Of a stretch of 64,000 nt of DNA, positions 40,471 to 53,647 are shown one piece after another. The translations under genes were made by a program, and so were the position numbers. This DNA is from Vicugna vicugna (taxonomy: Eukaryota): the NCBI GenBank assembly GCA_013265495.1, contig MU058781.1:1530963-1594962 (forward strand), given 5' to 3'. Numbering within the stretch: position 1 is the first letter of the stretch; every line of letters begins with the position of its first letter. A model generated the notes under the pieces. It worked only from the letters and a program-made list of their open reading frames with translations, searched no databases and was not told where the DNA came from.

Positions 40471-40674
40471 CAGAATGGCAAAGCCAATAGAACATGTGCT
40501 AACCAAACACACACATCCAAGCCACATAGCTAGTGCCACCGTCAGTGCAGGTCAGGCCCATCTCATATGAGACCTATTTTCAAATGTCTTCCAGTGCAGC
40601 CTGTTTGCTAGATCTGTGACCTCTTCTGGCATTTACGTAATATAACCCTTTCAGAAATGAATATGCTGGTAAAG

Positions 40675-40680
40675 TTTATT
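40675..40680 (-). terminator. C6orf52: Probable C6orf52 polyadenylation signal
   Basis: TTTATT on + (AATAAA on -) about 175 nt past the stop codon. Confidence 0.6.
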
Positions 40681-40852
40681 TGGATTACATTCTCTCATGT
40701 CAATCACACTGAAGTCCTGGAAACCTGTATTTACATATGGAATCCGATACATTCCTGGATTAACATACAGAATCCAATACATTCCTGGGAGAATTTTTTT
40801 TTTTTTAACAAACACAAAAATCAAAATACGATGAATATGCTATCTGGGTAGC

Positions 40853-41077
<225 letters not shown>

Positions 41078-41621
41078 TTAAAATTAAAGTTTTAAAAAAC
41101 ATTAGCAGGAAATGTTACAGGTACTGAAGGCTAAAATTTTTAAATTGTGTGTTTACTTTTAACCAGACTCGAAAATAGAAATTTCAGCTATTAAAGAACT
41201 AGTACTACCAGACTCAAAGAGCATATAGATGGTGGAAGAGATGGAGAAAACATACGGAATTGAGAGAGAATTTGGAGCTGAATGGACAGTATTTGGAAAT
41301 GCCTTCAATTTGGAGCAGAGGGCAAAGGAAGGGTCAAGGATGAGTCCTGAGTTTCTGGCATGAGCACGTGGGCAGGTATGGTACCAAAGAGTAAGCCAGA
41401 ACCAAATCCCTGTGACACAGCTTTGAAAAAATAAATATGATGCTCTATCTACTTAGCTAACAGTTTGATGTAAATGAATAAACTGTTCATGGCAATTAAT
41501 TCAGAAACAGAACACTGGAATTTTCCAGTAGGATCTCTCAGGTTCTAGCCAGTTGAGTGAATGAGGAACCTGGAAAAGGGGTTTGTTTTGTTTTCAACTA
41601 GTGCAACACAGTTTCTGTTAC

Positions 41622-41667
41622 CTTCTAGCGAATCTTCATCTGGGTTTTCAGCCAGAGCTGTGGTTCC
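41622..41667 (-). CDS. C6orf52: C6orf52 orthologue, 46-nt coding exon
   Basis: ttcattgtag| GTTALAENPDEDSLE(D) |gtaaca; phase 0 in, phase 1 out, fitting both neighbours. Confidence 0.9.
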
Positions 41668-44600
41668 CTACAATGAAAATCAGTATTTTAAGAAAAAAGA
41701 ATTTTACAGAAATGGTTACTATCGACACACTTTCTTGGAAGCTCTCAAAAATAATATCTATGTCCCTAAACTCCCTTTTGATCAACTTGATTTTGAATTT
41801 TGATGAAAGAATCTTTAAATGATATGAGACTCATTTAATGGGTGAACTGAGTCCACAGAAGGAAAGTCACAAAGGAGGAGCATTAGACAGCGCCTTCGGC
41901 CTCTCTGAAGTTTCGGGGAACTAATGAGCATCCTGGGCCTGGGCAACAGGGACCCTGCATCAGGCTAGGGACCCAACTCTCCACCTGGAGCTCTGCCCTT
42001 CCTTCCAGATGACAGTCTGCGAAGTCTCCGTCAACACATTCCCTCGTGGCCTTCTAATCACATCCCCAACCCCACAGCTCAGCTAAGGACCAGTACAGTA
42101 GGTGCCTAAGGAAAGGCTGAGGCCACAGAAAAGCAAACCCATCAGTTAACTTCTTATGTTAAGTTCTAGAAGCACCCCCCAGATACATCTTGGTTAGTTC
42201 ATCAAGGCTCTGTGGGGTCTCCTGGGACCGTGTAAGTTTTTACAACTTCTCTCTATAGGCACCTGCTGGGATCTGTCTTTGTCAAGGATGCACAGCTGTT
42301 CCCAGGAACCACCTCATCCAGGAAGGGCCAAGTTAGCTCCTGGCACCAATGAACTTAAATTAAGCCTCCCTTACTAATAAGAGCACCATAATACTGAAAG
42401 CCCAGGATCCACCCTCTCTTCTTTTCAATCTATCTGAAAGGATGACTCCCTTTCATACCAAAATAGATCCTAGCTGGGAAAGTTAATGACATGGTTGTCA
42501 TAAATTCAATCATACCATTGGTGCATTTTTTCTATTTAGAAATGGCTAAGACAGCCAGAATATGCGCTTACATGAGGCCTTTCTTATACTACAGTGTCCA
42601 AGAAATCCCACATTTCCTCCTTTTCAGTGTGTGCTCTGGTAAATGTGGACCCTCCATGACCAGGGCGCAGGGAGTAGAAGTGATCTAGAGACAGAGATTT
42701 CTCTCTGGTCTGAGGTTCAACCAAGCAAGTGTTCTGGTCTTTCAACCACCTATAAATCATTCTCCTCTACTAGACATAGTGTGGGAACATTGTGCTGATG
42801 GACCCCAAAGACCTGAGGATTATTTTGAAGACATCCACTTTCACGAATTTTAAGCAAGACTCAGTGTCAAAACAGAGATGGCTCCCGGGGGGCTAACCCC
42901 TCAACTTGGGGAGATAAGGAGTATGGACACAGGAATCCTGCAGAGGGGGAAATGGGCAGTAAAGCGATGGCATCTCTTAGAGGACACACTCTATCAGGGA
43001 CGACGTTAGGGAAGGCTTGTGAGGGAAAAACACCCCCCTCCCCAACCCCGGGACCTTACCATCTTGAATTTTGCTGACCAGCTTCATAACTGGGAATTCC
43101 CACCAGGATAGCAGGCAGGTGGTTCAAGTTTGGTAACCATAGCCACCAAGGAAAATATATTTCTAATTCTTGAAAGAAAACTGCATGTTATAGTAATCAT
43201 TTACTAGGAAGTGAGATTAAAAAAAAACAGTACATGACAACAAATATGGGGAGAAGGAAGAGGAAGGAGTGGCAGAGCGAGAAAAAAAGGATGTTCATTT
43301 CTTTTTAATTTTTGTTTCTTTTTTTGTTTCTTATTGTCTTTTTATAATTTCTCTGTAGGTTGCTAATTTCTTAGTTTTCTCATGACTGGAGGGAAATCAA
43401 GAAGTACGTTCATTTCTGAAGTTGACAATATACTCAAACCCATACTTCCCTGTTTAAAGATACAAAGGTAATCACAAGACGGCAGGTAGACCATCTCCCA
43501 AAAGAGCCCAGAAAGAGGTGAAAGAAAATAAATGTGACAAAACCTCAGGCAATACAGCAAAAGATTTTTTTCAGAGATGCAATATCAAATATCTGCTAAA
43601 AGGCTAAAACCCAAATTGGGTTTAAAAAGAAAAAGAAAAGCTAAGATATTTAACAAGATATTTTATATAAGAGGCACACCTAAAACAGACTTGAAGAATT
43701 GGAAATGAAAGTCTGAGCGGGGGGAAAGTTAAGGCAAGTTTTAAAAACTGAGGGCTTAAGTATTAACCCAATTCTGGTGTCAAAGCCAAGGCCATCACAC
43801 AGAGTGCTACTGGTAGGAAACAATTTGGGGAGAAAAATTTGTAACACTCTGACTGCAAAGAGCTAATTTCCCTAATATGTAAATATCTCACACAGTCACC
43901 AAAAGGGAGGGGCACAGCCCAACAGAGAAAAGGCAGACAAAGGACATCAAGGAAGCCACAGAACACAGATACTAACAAGCATTTGAAAGGTATTTGCCCC
44001 CAGTAAAAAGCAAATGCCTTCCTCACCTGTCAGTCCTGCTCATCACACACAGAAAAACACGGAGGAGCAAGCCATGACGTTAATGCAAAGTGTAAACTCA
44101 GGCTTTTTGGAGACAAGTTTGCTGTTTAGAGTTTTAAATGTTATATCCTTTACCCCAGATCTTACACTTGAGACATTTTTTTCTTAGCCCCAAACCACTT
44201 GAATCTTGAAAATAGTAAAAGGCAGTTTGTTAAAGCACTGGATACATTTGAAATGTCAGTGGATAACATATGAGCTAAAATCACAGCGCATTCAAATGGG
44301 CGGCTTTTAAAGGAATCCCTCCTGGTGCAGCTTGTAAGCAGGAGGCAAGGAGGAAGCCAGCAGGCATATGCTTCACAGTCCATTCTTGCCCAAGGCGCCC
44401 CCAACTCCCCAAACAGAAGTAAAGTCCAATCACACTGACTCAGTGAGAGTACAAGAGAAAAATCTAGAGGATGCGGATCCACTCGAACAATGCTTTCTTC
44501 TGAGTGGGGTGGGAAGAAGGGAGAGGGAGGAGCGGGGGAGACTTTCCCTTAATCCAAAACATCTTTCAAAGCGATCCGTTACTTTAGCAATCAAAAAGGA

Positions 44601-44975
44601 AGATTTTTTTAAATGTCTTTTTCAAGCATGTTAATGTTCACTGCTGTAGCAAAACAAAACAAAACAAAACAAAAACTACCTCTTGTCCTATTTCAAGTAT
44701 TTAAGAGTAAAAGCTATTGAATGATGATAATCTTCAATTTAGTAGCACAGACAGCACCAGACTATGGTTTTGTTTTCGGAAAATAGTGAGGACATAAATT
44801 GTTTGCAAGTCAACATTTCTCAGGTCGTCAGCTTTTACTCTCTGGGACCAAATGAGGGAGCAGAAACCATGGCTGTGGGAACCTGAATGACAGGATCTGG
44901 AGGCGTGAAGATAAGAAAAAGGTGCTTCCACTAAGGGCATGCGAACTACACAGTATTCATGCCAGCAGGGGGTAC

Positions 44976-45156
44976 CTCGAGTGTGAGCAAAGGTTCAGCT
45001 GGGTGTCCAGGGGTCTCGCGTGCAGAATAAAGGCTGGGTCCATTTCCATCCAGTGCATAACCACAGCTGCAGCCGGAAGGAGAGTAACAGCTGTGCTGCT
45101 GCTCGTACCAGTTGCCAAAGGGGTAACCCTGGTAGGGCTGGAAGTCTGGCTTCACT
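44976..45156 (-). CDS. C6orf52: C6orf52 orthologue, second coding exon
   Basis: ctctttccgtag| (R)VKPDFQPYQGYPFGNWYEQQHSCYSPSGCSCGYALDGNGPSLYSARETPGHPAEPLLTLE |gtaccc; 181 nt. Confidence 0.85.
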
Positions 45157-45390
45157 CTACGGAAAGAGGGGAGAGGACCGGAAACACACCGTCACCCAAT
45201 CAGGCAGAATTATTCAAACCCCGAGGATTCTCTCTTCTTTCCCAGACCTTACAGGTAAGGATGATTTCTGCTTTCACTGTTTTAAGAACGCCTACTTTCA
45301 AAGCAATAGTTTGTAAATTGCCAAAGATTGTATACGAAATAGAACAGTATGGGCCTTCGTTTTTGTTCAGAGTAGGAAAAATCAGCTCAC

Positions 45391-45461
45391 CTTTGCCAGT
45401 ACCAATAATAATTATTTTGTGGAGCTAGACCAAAACCTGCAAAACGCTCCTGTCCAGCCAT
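45391..45461 (-). CDS. C6orf52: C6orf52 orthologue, first coding exon
   Basis: tgtctag|GTA ATG (45461) MAGQERFAGFGLAPQNNYYWYWQ(R) |gtgagc; 71+181+46+158=456 nt = 151 aa + stop. Confidence 0.9.
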
Positions 45462-48400
45462 TACCTAGACATAAATTGAGGCCAGGAATCCAGAGTTTTT
45501 ACTCCCGCATCACAAATTCCAGCTCCTGGTGTAAACTCTCTCAACCCAACAAATAACTCTGACAGCAGCCCACAGAGACAGCAATTATCTTCAGTGGCAA
45601 TTCCTGGCAGGTGATTAATTCCACGACTTTCATGACAGTGTGGGTTAAGGAGTGAGTGAGGCAGGATTGCACTGGGGTCACCTGTGGGAGCTCCTGCAAC
45701 AAGTCTGCAAGGAGCTGCCAGTCCCCTCCCCCTGTGACGAGGCCTGGGGAAGCCAGCCAGAAGGGTGAGGGTATGGGGGAGAGAGTGACAGAGAGGGAGT
45801 GTGTTAATAGGTAAGAAAAGCACTTTTAATCTTTAAAACCTTAAGACAAATATTGCAGTTTGATTCCCTCCTCAACTCAGTTATCTGCAAAGAATAGCTA
45901 TTGGAACTAGCATCTAGTGGACTTCTTTTTAGTTTAACATCCCCTGCAGGTTGAAATCATTATCTCAATCCCCCCTCCCCCCACACACACACCCTTACCT
46001 TAATTCAAGTGCAGGAAAAAATTTTAAAGTATTTCTGTGGTTCAATATATTTTTTTAAAAGCATGATAAAGCAGGGCTTCCTAAACATGAGTGCACATTC
46101 AGATTACCCGAGTATGTTTAAAATGTGGGTTCAGATTCCAGAGATTTGGCGTGGAGCCTCACATTCTGCCTTTCTAGCCAGCTCCCATGCACTTTAAGAA
46201 GCAAGGCTACACAAAGTGTCAACATTTAAGAAGATAGCTTTTGAGTCTAAACAGGGGCCCTTAGGGTTTGGCCATTTCCCTGTAGCTTGTTAATACCCGT
46301 CCCACTGTTACCTCACTATTCCACTATTCAAGTGCTTGATGTATTCTATAGTCACTTGTGATGTGAAAAATAATAATCATGATGAATTCAGATCATTCAG
46401 TCATTCACCCACCATTTACTGAGCACCTACAATACGCAAGGCAGGTGCCTGGCGTTGGTGAGACAGTGGGGCTTATACTGAGCAGATTTCCCTGTGTCTT
46501 CAAGGGAGGTGTTGGTCAGCAGCTGTGCACACATTGCTTTGTGCCACCCAATGTCCAGTTTCCTTTCCTTCCTTAATAACAGAACCCTGATTTTATTTGC
46601 AGAGGGGTGGCCACAGGTCCTGCTAAAAGACTGCATTTCCTGGTTCCCTCTTTGCAGGTAGATGTGGCCAGGTGGCCAAAGTGTGGCTAATCCGGTGTAA
46701 ACAGAATGGTTATAAGAGGATGGAGGAAAGCTCTGTGGGCAGAGGGAGATTGCTCAGCTGGAAGCAGGCCTTTTTGGACTTCCCCTGTCCAGGCCTAGTG
46801 CTAAGATTGCAGATACGACGGTTGGAGCCAAAATAACTCAGCACCTCTCTCGGCCCATGATGTGATGTCGAGGAGGAAGTCACGCACCCAAGTACAGGAG
46901 CTAAAGGAAGAACAGATCTGTATCCCTGAGGACCACAGACTTCCTGTTCCAGCACTAGACTAAGGTACCTGCCTTCCACTTCAGAAATATGTCTTGTTTA
47001 AGCCACTGTTGTTTTAAGTGATAGGGAGTTAAAAACAATTCTTAGCTACTATAGCAGCTTAGAAATCAAATGCAACATATCAGTTAAGGATTCTTTAGTG
47101 AAAACTTTTAATATTGTTATTTTTTGTCTCTTCTTTTAGGACTTTTTTTTTTTATAAAAAGGTCAGAATTTTGGCTATGAATGGGTGAGAGATGGAGCTG
47201 CATTTGGAAAGGAATGTGGGAGGTGAACATTCATGATAAGACGGTAAGGAGGCTGAGGGAAGGAGAGGCCACTGTGACACTTTGAACCCACCCAGGACAA
47301 TGGCCGGGGCTGGGGCACCCAAGACCATGAGCAAGGCTCCAGAGATGAAGATGGACATCCAAGCGTTTTGCAGATGATGGTGAGAAGGAAGAGGTCACAA
47401 ATATTGCTTTGCCCTCTAACAACTGCAAATGCAAACTTCTCAGGGTTCACCTGGATCAGTCCCATGAAGCAGGCGCAGTGAATTTCTACCAGGCCAGTGT
47501 CCAGGGGAAGTAGCCCACTCTCTCTGCTTCCCTGAGCTCTGCCTACAGAGGAGACCAAAGTCCTCTGGGAATAGAGCACCTGCAAGCTCTGTAGTCCCCT
47601 TGCTACCTGTCACACTGTGGAATATTAGACTCACATGATATTGCCAACGGGGCCAGCTTATCTCCACTGTATCCTGCTTTCAGCCACTTAGCACCGCCCT
47701 CCCTCCCCAAAAAACAAAAACTGGCTCTTTTTTTCTTTAGCAAACCAAAGCCAGGCACTCAATAAATATTTGCTGAATGAATGAATAAATCACTGCATGG
47801 CTCAAGCGTAAAAAGCTTTTCTATCAATAATTTAAAGGCAACACTGAATATCCTGTTGTTCTCTGGTGTTAATGAACCCTGAACAGTGGGCTGTTTCTTG
47901 GCAACTGCAGTTTTCACAAGCATGAGACTGAATGAATGGCTTTTTACATCCTGTGTTTGGAGAGAGAACAGGAGGTTCTGCAGGAAGTGTGCTCCGTTTG
48001 AATCCAGCTGAGCAGGTAGAGAATATTGTGTTGTGTGTTTTTCTTTAGACAATGAAAAAGCACTTCTCTTCTTGGTTCAAGAGGAGGTTTGAGCCCAAGG
48101 ACACGTAAAAAGCCACACCGCGGCGTCTGTCACTACTTGGCTATGTGGTTTTGAAAGAGTTCCTTTTCTGGACCTACTTCAGCATTGATAACCGCAGACC
48201 GGATGAGTGTATTTTAGACTTTGAGGTACCAATATTTTTTGAAAAAGTAATGAAATTTTATCAGTGCTTTCCTTCATAAATGTACATGCACAATTTTGCA
48301 TATGATTTCAGGGATTCACAGCCCCAAAAGCTTATCCATGAACTCCCCCAGATTCAGAACACCTGAACTAGATGCTCTAAGGTCTTCTGAGCTCTCTGAT

Positions 48401-49045
48401 TGATTCTACTAAATTGTCACATAAAGAAACAAAAAGTAAACTGCTCTAAGTTATGTTTATGTTGCCTGCACTATGGTTTTCATTTTTGAACCAACTGTAT
48501 CCTAAAAGATTCCTGGCTGGAGCAAGACTTTTTTAAGCCACAAGGTTCTTCTCTAAAATGTGACAGATGTTTAAGCAGGTAAATGTGTGACAATCTGGTA
48601 ATAGATGCTGAGTATGGTAATTACCCTGATAGAGTGACATATTAAAATTAATTTCAAATGAGTGTTATTTCTTCTCAAACAGCAGTTGAGATTTCCCTGG
48701 GGTAATGAGGCAAGGCCCCAGGGGGATTCCAGAAGCACCAGAACTACAAAAAGCCTGTGATTTTGAAACAGGTTTACTCAAAGGTTTTTTTTTTTTTTCT
48801 TGTTGGATGAGAGAATATTACTTCCCATTAAAATAAAGCTATGTCATGGAGTGAAGTGTAAAAAGTCACATATTTAAAGATAAGATATAAGACTTCAAAG
48901 AAATGTCCAGCTTACTTATTCTCTGTCCCAAGCCCAGGGGAAACCCTCTCCAGCAATTCAGTCCTCTGACGTCAGGAAAATAAATAGAATAACTTGTAAC
49001 TTTGTGTACCATAGTAAAGATAACCAGCACAACGTGAAGGAATTA

Positions 49046-50188
49046 CAGGTATGCCTCATTTTATTGCACTTCCCTTTACTGTGCTTTACAGACACGGCAT
49101 CTCTTCTCATTGAAGTATAGTTGACTTACAATGTTGTGTTAGTTTCAGATGTACAGCAAAGTGATTCAGTTATACATATATATGTATACATTCTTTTTAA
49201 GATTAAGATTCTTTTCCATTATGAGTTATTACAAGATACTAAATACAGTTCTCTGTGCTATACAGTAGAAACTTGTTTATCTATTCCGTATATAGTAATG
49301 TATATGTTAACCCCAAACTCCTAATTTATCCCTCCCCTCCCTTTGCCCTTTGGTAACCATACTTTGTTTTCTATGTCTGTGAGTCTATTTCTGGTTTGTA
49401 AATAAGTTCATTTGTATCATGTTTTTTTAGATTCCACATATAATTGATATCATATGATGTCTTTCTCTGACTTACTTTACTTAGTCTGATCATCTCCAGG
49501 TCCATCCATGTTGCTGCAAATGGCATTATTTCATTCTTTTTAATAGCTAAGTAGTATTCCATTGTGTGTATATATATGTGTGTGTGTGTGTGTATATAGT
49601 GTATGTATGTATACACACACACTATTTCTTTATCCAGTCATCTGTTGATGGACATTAGGTTGCTTTCATGTTTTGGCTATTGTAAATAGTGCTGCTGTGA
49701 ACATTGGGGTGCATGTATCTTTTTGAATTAGAGTTTTCTCTGGATATATTCCCGTAACTATTTTTACAGATACTGCATTTTTTACAAACTGAAGGTTTGT
49801 GGCAACCCTGCACAGAGCAGTTCTATTGGCACCATTTTTCCAACACCATTTGATCCTTTTGTCTCTCTCACATTTTGGTGATTCTTGGAATATTTCAAAC
49901 TTGTTTATTATTATTCTATTTGTTATGGGATGAGTGATCTTTGATGTTACCACTAGGACTGGCTGAAGCCTCAGATGATGGCCAGCATTTTTTATCAATA
50001 AAGTATTTTTTAAATTAAGATATGTACATTGGGGATTTTGGAGGAGGACATAATGCTATCACACACTTAACAGACTACAGTATGGTGTAAACATAACTTT
50101 TATATGCACTGGGAAACCAAAAAATTCGTGTGACTTTATTACAGTGGTCTGGAACCAAACCTGCAATATCTTGGGTGTGTGCTACCGT
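49046..50188 (+). mobile_element. Internally deleted Tigger1-type transposon carrying a nested L1
   Basis: Left end ta|caggtatgcctcattttattgc; right end cactgggaaaccaaaaaattcgtgtgac...ctgcaatatc; no transposase ORF. Confidence 0.8.
49101..49762 (-). mobile_element. 5'-truncated L1 inserted into Tigger1
   Basis: ORF2 tail MEYYLAIKKNEIMPFAATWMDLEMI; TSD tttacagacacggcat (49085-49100) / tttacagatactgcat (49763-49778). Confidence 0.9.
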
Positions 50189-50470
50189 ATGCTATATTGT
50201 GAAACAGCTAACACAGTTTCCAAGAAACTGACAATGAGTTGGACTTCAGCATTTCAGTGCCTGAGGAAGGATTACACATGGAATCGCCAAAGTGTGCAGA
50301 AGACATGGCCTCCCTTGCACTGCACTGACAATCAAAGCAACCAAAATGAAAGCATTTCTACAAGATCCAAACCAGCATCAATTAAAACAAACCTGCGTTA
50401 TGCACCTGCAGAGGATTCAGAACACCAGTGAACAAATGTCTTCAGAGACAAAAAGGTCTAGGCACCATAG

Positions 50471-51182
50471 TGAGACAGGAGGGGAGGGGGCAGGGCACAA
50501 CCATTAAAAGGATGACACAGCAATTATTACCAAAATGGTGGAAGATTCAACTCCAACAGAACATGAGCTTCAATATATGCTCACTGAAATATAATAGCAT
50601 GCTAAATGGTACTCGCACAGGTGCCATGACAGTTTCAAGGCAAACCATAAACGGTCAAAAAGTGGATGATGGCCCAATTCCTGGGAATCCCAGCCTCTTC
50701 CCCGAAGTAGTTGGAATAATCCTCTCACTTGTTGGCATGTGACGTTACCAATCCCATAAAAACTAACAACCCCCACACCTCAGATCCGATCTCATTTTTC
50801 CTAGCTGACCCCATGCTCTGAGGCCACTGCTCTCCCTTCTGAGAAAGGTGGTCTGCATTCCGCCCTAAGAATGTGTATCTCCTAGGTCTTAGCCTTTCTC
50901 TTTCCTTTTGAGACCACCCGCACTGCCTATGTAGTGTGTGCCTACTTTTACTTTAACCAACTCCTCCACCCCTGTGCCTCTTGGCCTCTCTGGCCTTCTG
51001 AGATGCCTGCACTGCCTATGGAGTGTGCATCTCTCTGAATTAACCTACTTTCACTCAACGATGACTTGCTCTTTTTTGTTTCCTGCATGAAGCCAAGGAC
51101 CCTCACTTGGCAGGGTGCATCCCAGAGACTCACCTGGGACCTGGGAGGTGGCTATCCTCTTGCGCCCCATTTTCCTGCATCA
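50471..51182 (+). mobile_element. MER41-like solo ERV1 LTR with tandem STAT motifs
   Basis: TG...CA termini, TSD atag (50467-50470, 51183-51186); core gccatgacagttt...ggtcaaaaag...ttcctgggaa...ttccccgaa...gaataatcc..cttgttggcat...cccataaaaa resembles the MER41 U3 as I recall it. Confidence 0.8.
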
Positions 51183-51526
51183 ATAGGATTGTATTACAAC
51201 CCCAATGTGGGGGTTGAAGGGTCAACAGCAACTGTATGCTTCAACTTCTATCCATCACATCCACCTGCTAGGTCATTTATATGAGAACAATTTTACACTC
51301 CAAGATTTACTCTGTTGGAAGTCTGTGTGAAGCTGTGCTTTCTAACACATCTCTAAATCTCCACATCTCAAGGAAATTTTAACTATTAATTAAGATTACT
51401 TTCGCTTTTAACATTTAACTTTGCACGGAAGCTGAGGAGGTGGTGAGACGAAATGAACGAGATTTCCTCCTGGAACCTCATCAAGGATGACTGAGCCCTT
51501 CTTCCCCAAGTAGTGTCTTTACTCAC

Positions 51527-51800
51527 CTCAAGTTAAGAACCCTCCTCCCTCCCCAGGATGTGCTGACCAGTATGTCCCCAGAGTTCGACAAGCCACAACC
51601 AAGCTGGACGGAAAGGCGTGCAGGACGGTATTATCCGGCCGGGGCGGGAACGAGGAAATCGGAGTGCTCTACTAACGGCGAACCCTAAATTCCACCCCTC
51701 CTTGCCCTGTTAAAGAAAATGTGAGCAAGAAAAGTTCACGCCACGGTTTCCCACGCAACAAGAAGACCTAACTGCTGCCCTCTGCACTAAAAGCCCCCAA
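51527..51800 (-). other. C6orf52: Probable non-coding exon 1 of C6orf52 (5' end approximate)
   Basis: Consensus donor TGAG|gtgagt on the minus strand (exon boundary at 51527) at the edge of the CpG island shared with PAK1IP1. Confidence 0.55.
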
Positions 51801-52410
51801 ACACAGGGCTCCACATTGACCAATTGCACCGCACACCGCCTCCCCGCCTACCGCCCAGACCGGAAGCTCCTCCGTCCCGTCCGTAGACGCCCCGGAAACG
51901 AGGGGCTTCCACAGAGGATGTCCCGCCCACTCGCCTCAGAAGGGCCTAGCTCAAGGCTTCCTAGAATATGCCTGCTAGGCCCCAATTTTTTTCCTCCTTG
52001 AAATGAGAACTTCGTCATGTGATGTCCTTCCTTCTTCTCCTCTTGGAAATTCCGCGGCATCTTCGAGCCCTGAGCCCCTTCCCACGGGTTCAGGCACTTA
52101 AAAGGCAGCCCCGCAGTCTTGACGTCAATTTGAGCGCCGACACAGGAAGGACCCCTTCTCCCTCCGGCTTCCGCGTTGGTCACTGCCCGCTGCGGTGAGC
52201 CCGGCTCGCTGAGGAGGCACGTGCGCTGCTGGATGGAGCTGGTGGCTGGTTGCTACGAGCAAGTCCTGTTCGGGTTCGCTGTGCACCCGGAGCCCAAGGC
52301 GAGCGGCGACCACGAGGTGAGACCTTGCACGCGGAGGGACCGCCGGGGCTGGGGCAGGCCGACGCCAGGCCTGGTTCCCACACGGCGGAGGTAAACACAG
52401 TACCGCAGGT
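51580..52410. promoter_or_regulatory. CpG-island bidirectional promoter C6orf52(-)/PAK1IP1(+)
   Basis: High CpG density between head-to-head genes; ETS/GABP CCGGAAG at 51860-51866, palindromic CRE TGACGTCA at 52120-52127, GC boxes. Confidence 0.8.
52233..52316 (+). CDS. PAK1IP1: PAK1IP1 (WD40, Mak11-like 60S biogenesis factor) exon 1
   Basis: ATG 52233 MELVAGCYEQVLFGFAVHPEPKASGDHE |gtgaga. Confidence 0.96.
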
Positions 52411-53197
52411 GAACACACTATCTCTTAGGGATTCACTGATGAATGAAACTCAGGGGACTTAAAATATACGTTAGCCTTTTAAAACATGGGGAAGGCGCTT
52501 CATAAGACAACGTGATGTCTATCTTTTGTAGTAAATATTCTGACTACAGTGCACGAAGGAAGCTGGCGTTTCTGCATACAGGCCACTGAGCTGTAGATTA
52601 TGAATGTAAGGGTCGCTCCTATGAGTTGACAGGTTGAGGTGTTCAGGATTTAATGAAAGAATAGTTACTTCTTTCATTGAGTTCCTGTCCTGGGATTTTA
52701 CAAAATATTGGAGCTGGATCTGGATAAATCCCTCATTGATAAAGTGATACTATTTCGTTATTGGATCCCTATGGTGGGGCCACTGCTTGCAGTGAAGGTG
52801 CAAAGAAGCCAAAGGTGTGGATCTCGCACTGGAGAGCTTCCCAACATGAGGAGAAAATGAGGGAGGCAAATACATGGAGAAAAACTGCAACAAAATATAG
52901 ATACTTTACTAGGTGTGTGAATTAAAAGGTTAAGTAAATTGACAGTAGTCAAACAGGTAGTTAGGACATAGCCGGAACTAGAAATAAGAAGTCCCAACTT
53001 CTAGAGCAGAATTATTTTTTTCCCTAAGCAATCCTAGGTATTTCCTATAAACCTATTTCATTGAGTACGTCTTTACGAAGAAGTTGAGCTATCAGTCATG
53101 AATTAATCAGAAAATTAGAAGTACATGCCGTGACCAATTGGTTTTATTTATTTTGTTTTTTACTCTGGTTATTAATCTGCCTTTGGCTGAAAGGTAA

Positions 53198-53647
53198 TGT
53201 TACCGAACACAAGTCTGTGTGCCTGACACAGTTAGGCCAAAAAATAACTAAACGTTGGAGTTTGGAGCAGAAAAAATTTTATTGCTGGGCCAAGCCAGGA
53301 GAATGGGTGGCTCATGCCCCAAAAAACCCCCCAAGCTCCCTGCGGGGTTTCAGCTGAGCATTTTTAAAGGCCAACTGAAGGAGGGGCGTCCCAGGCTATA
53401 TGATCAGTTGTGCACAATTCTCTGGTTTAAGGTGATCGATCTTTAGGCGCCAAAAAGTGTGGGGCTAAGTGCTCCTGGTCGTCAATAGTTAATTTCTTCC
53501 ATTTGGTGGTAGTTTTTAGCATCTGGAAAACCTCCAGAAGTGTGCATGAGATTCTGTTATCTGGGTACTTCAGAGAGGAGCTACAAGTAGAGGATATAGG
53601 AGAGGGGTCTGTCTGGGGAAGGCCCCACTGGGTCCTGCTTCATTATG
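53198..53647 (-). mobile_element. Solo LTR in PAK1IP1 intron 1
   Basis: Starts tgttaccgaacacaagtc; ends homologous to the reverse complement of LTR 19241-19782; body aligns with 61420-61857. Confidence 0.7.

Noticed and set aside
43059..43170. Possible extra C6orf52 exon (minus-strand donor ATG|gtaagg)
   Set aside because: The four identified exons already join in frame; this segment has a weak acceptor and looks repeat-derived.
44922..45428. 168-aa plus-strand ORF
   Set aside because: Antisense shadow of real C6orf52 exons.
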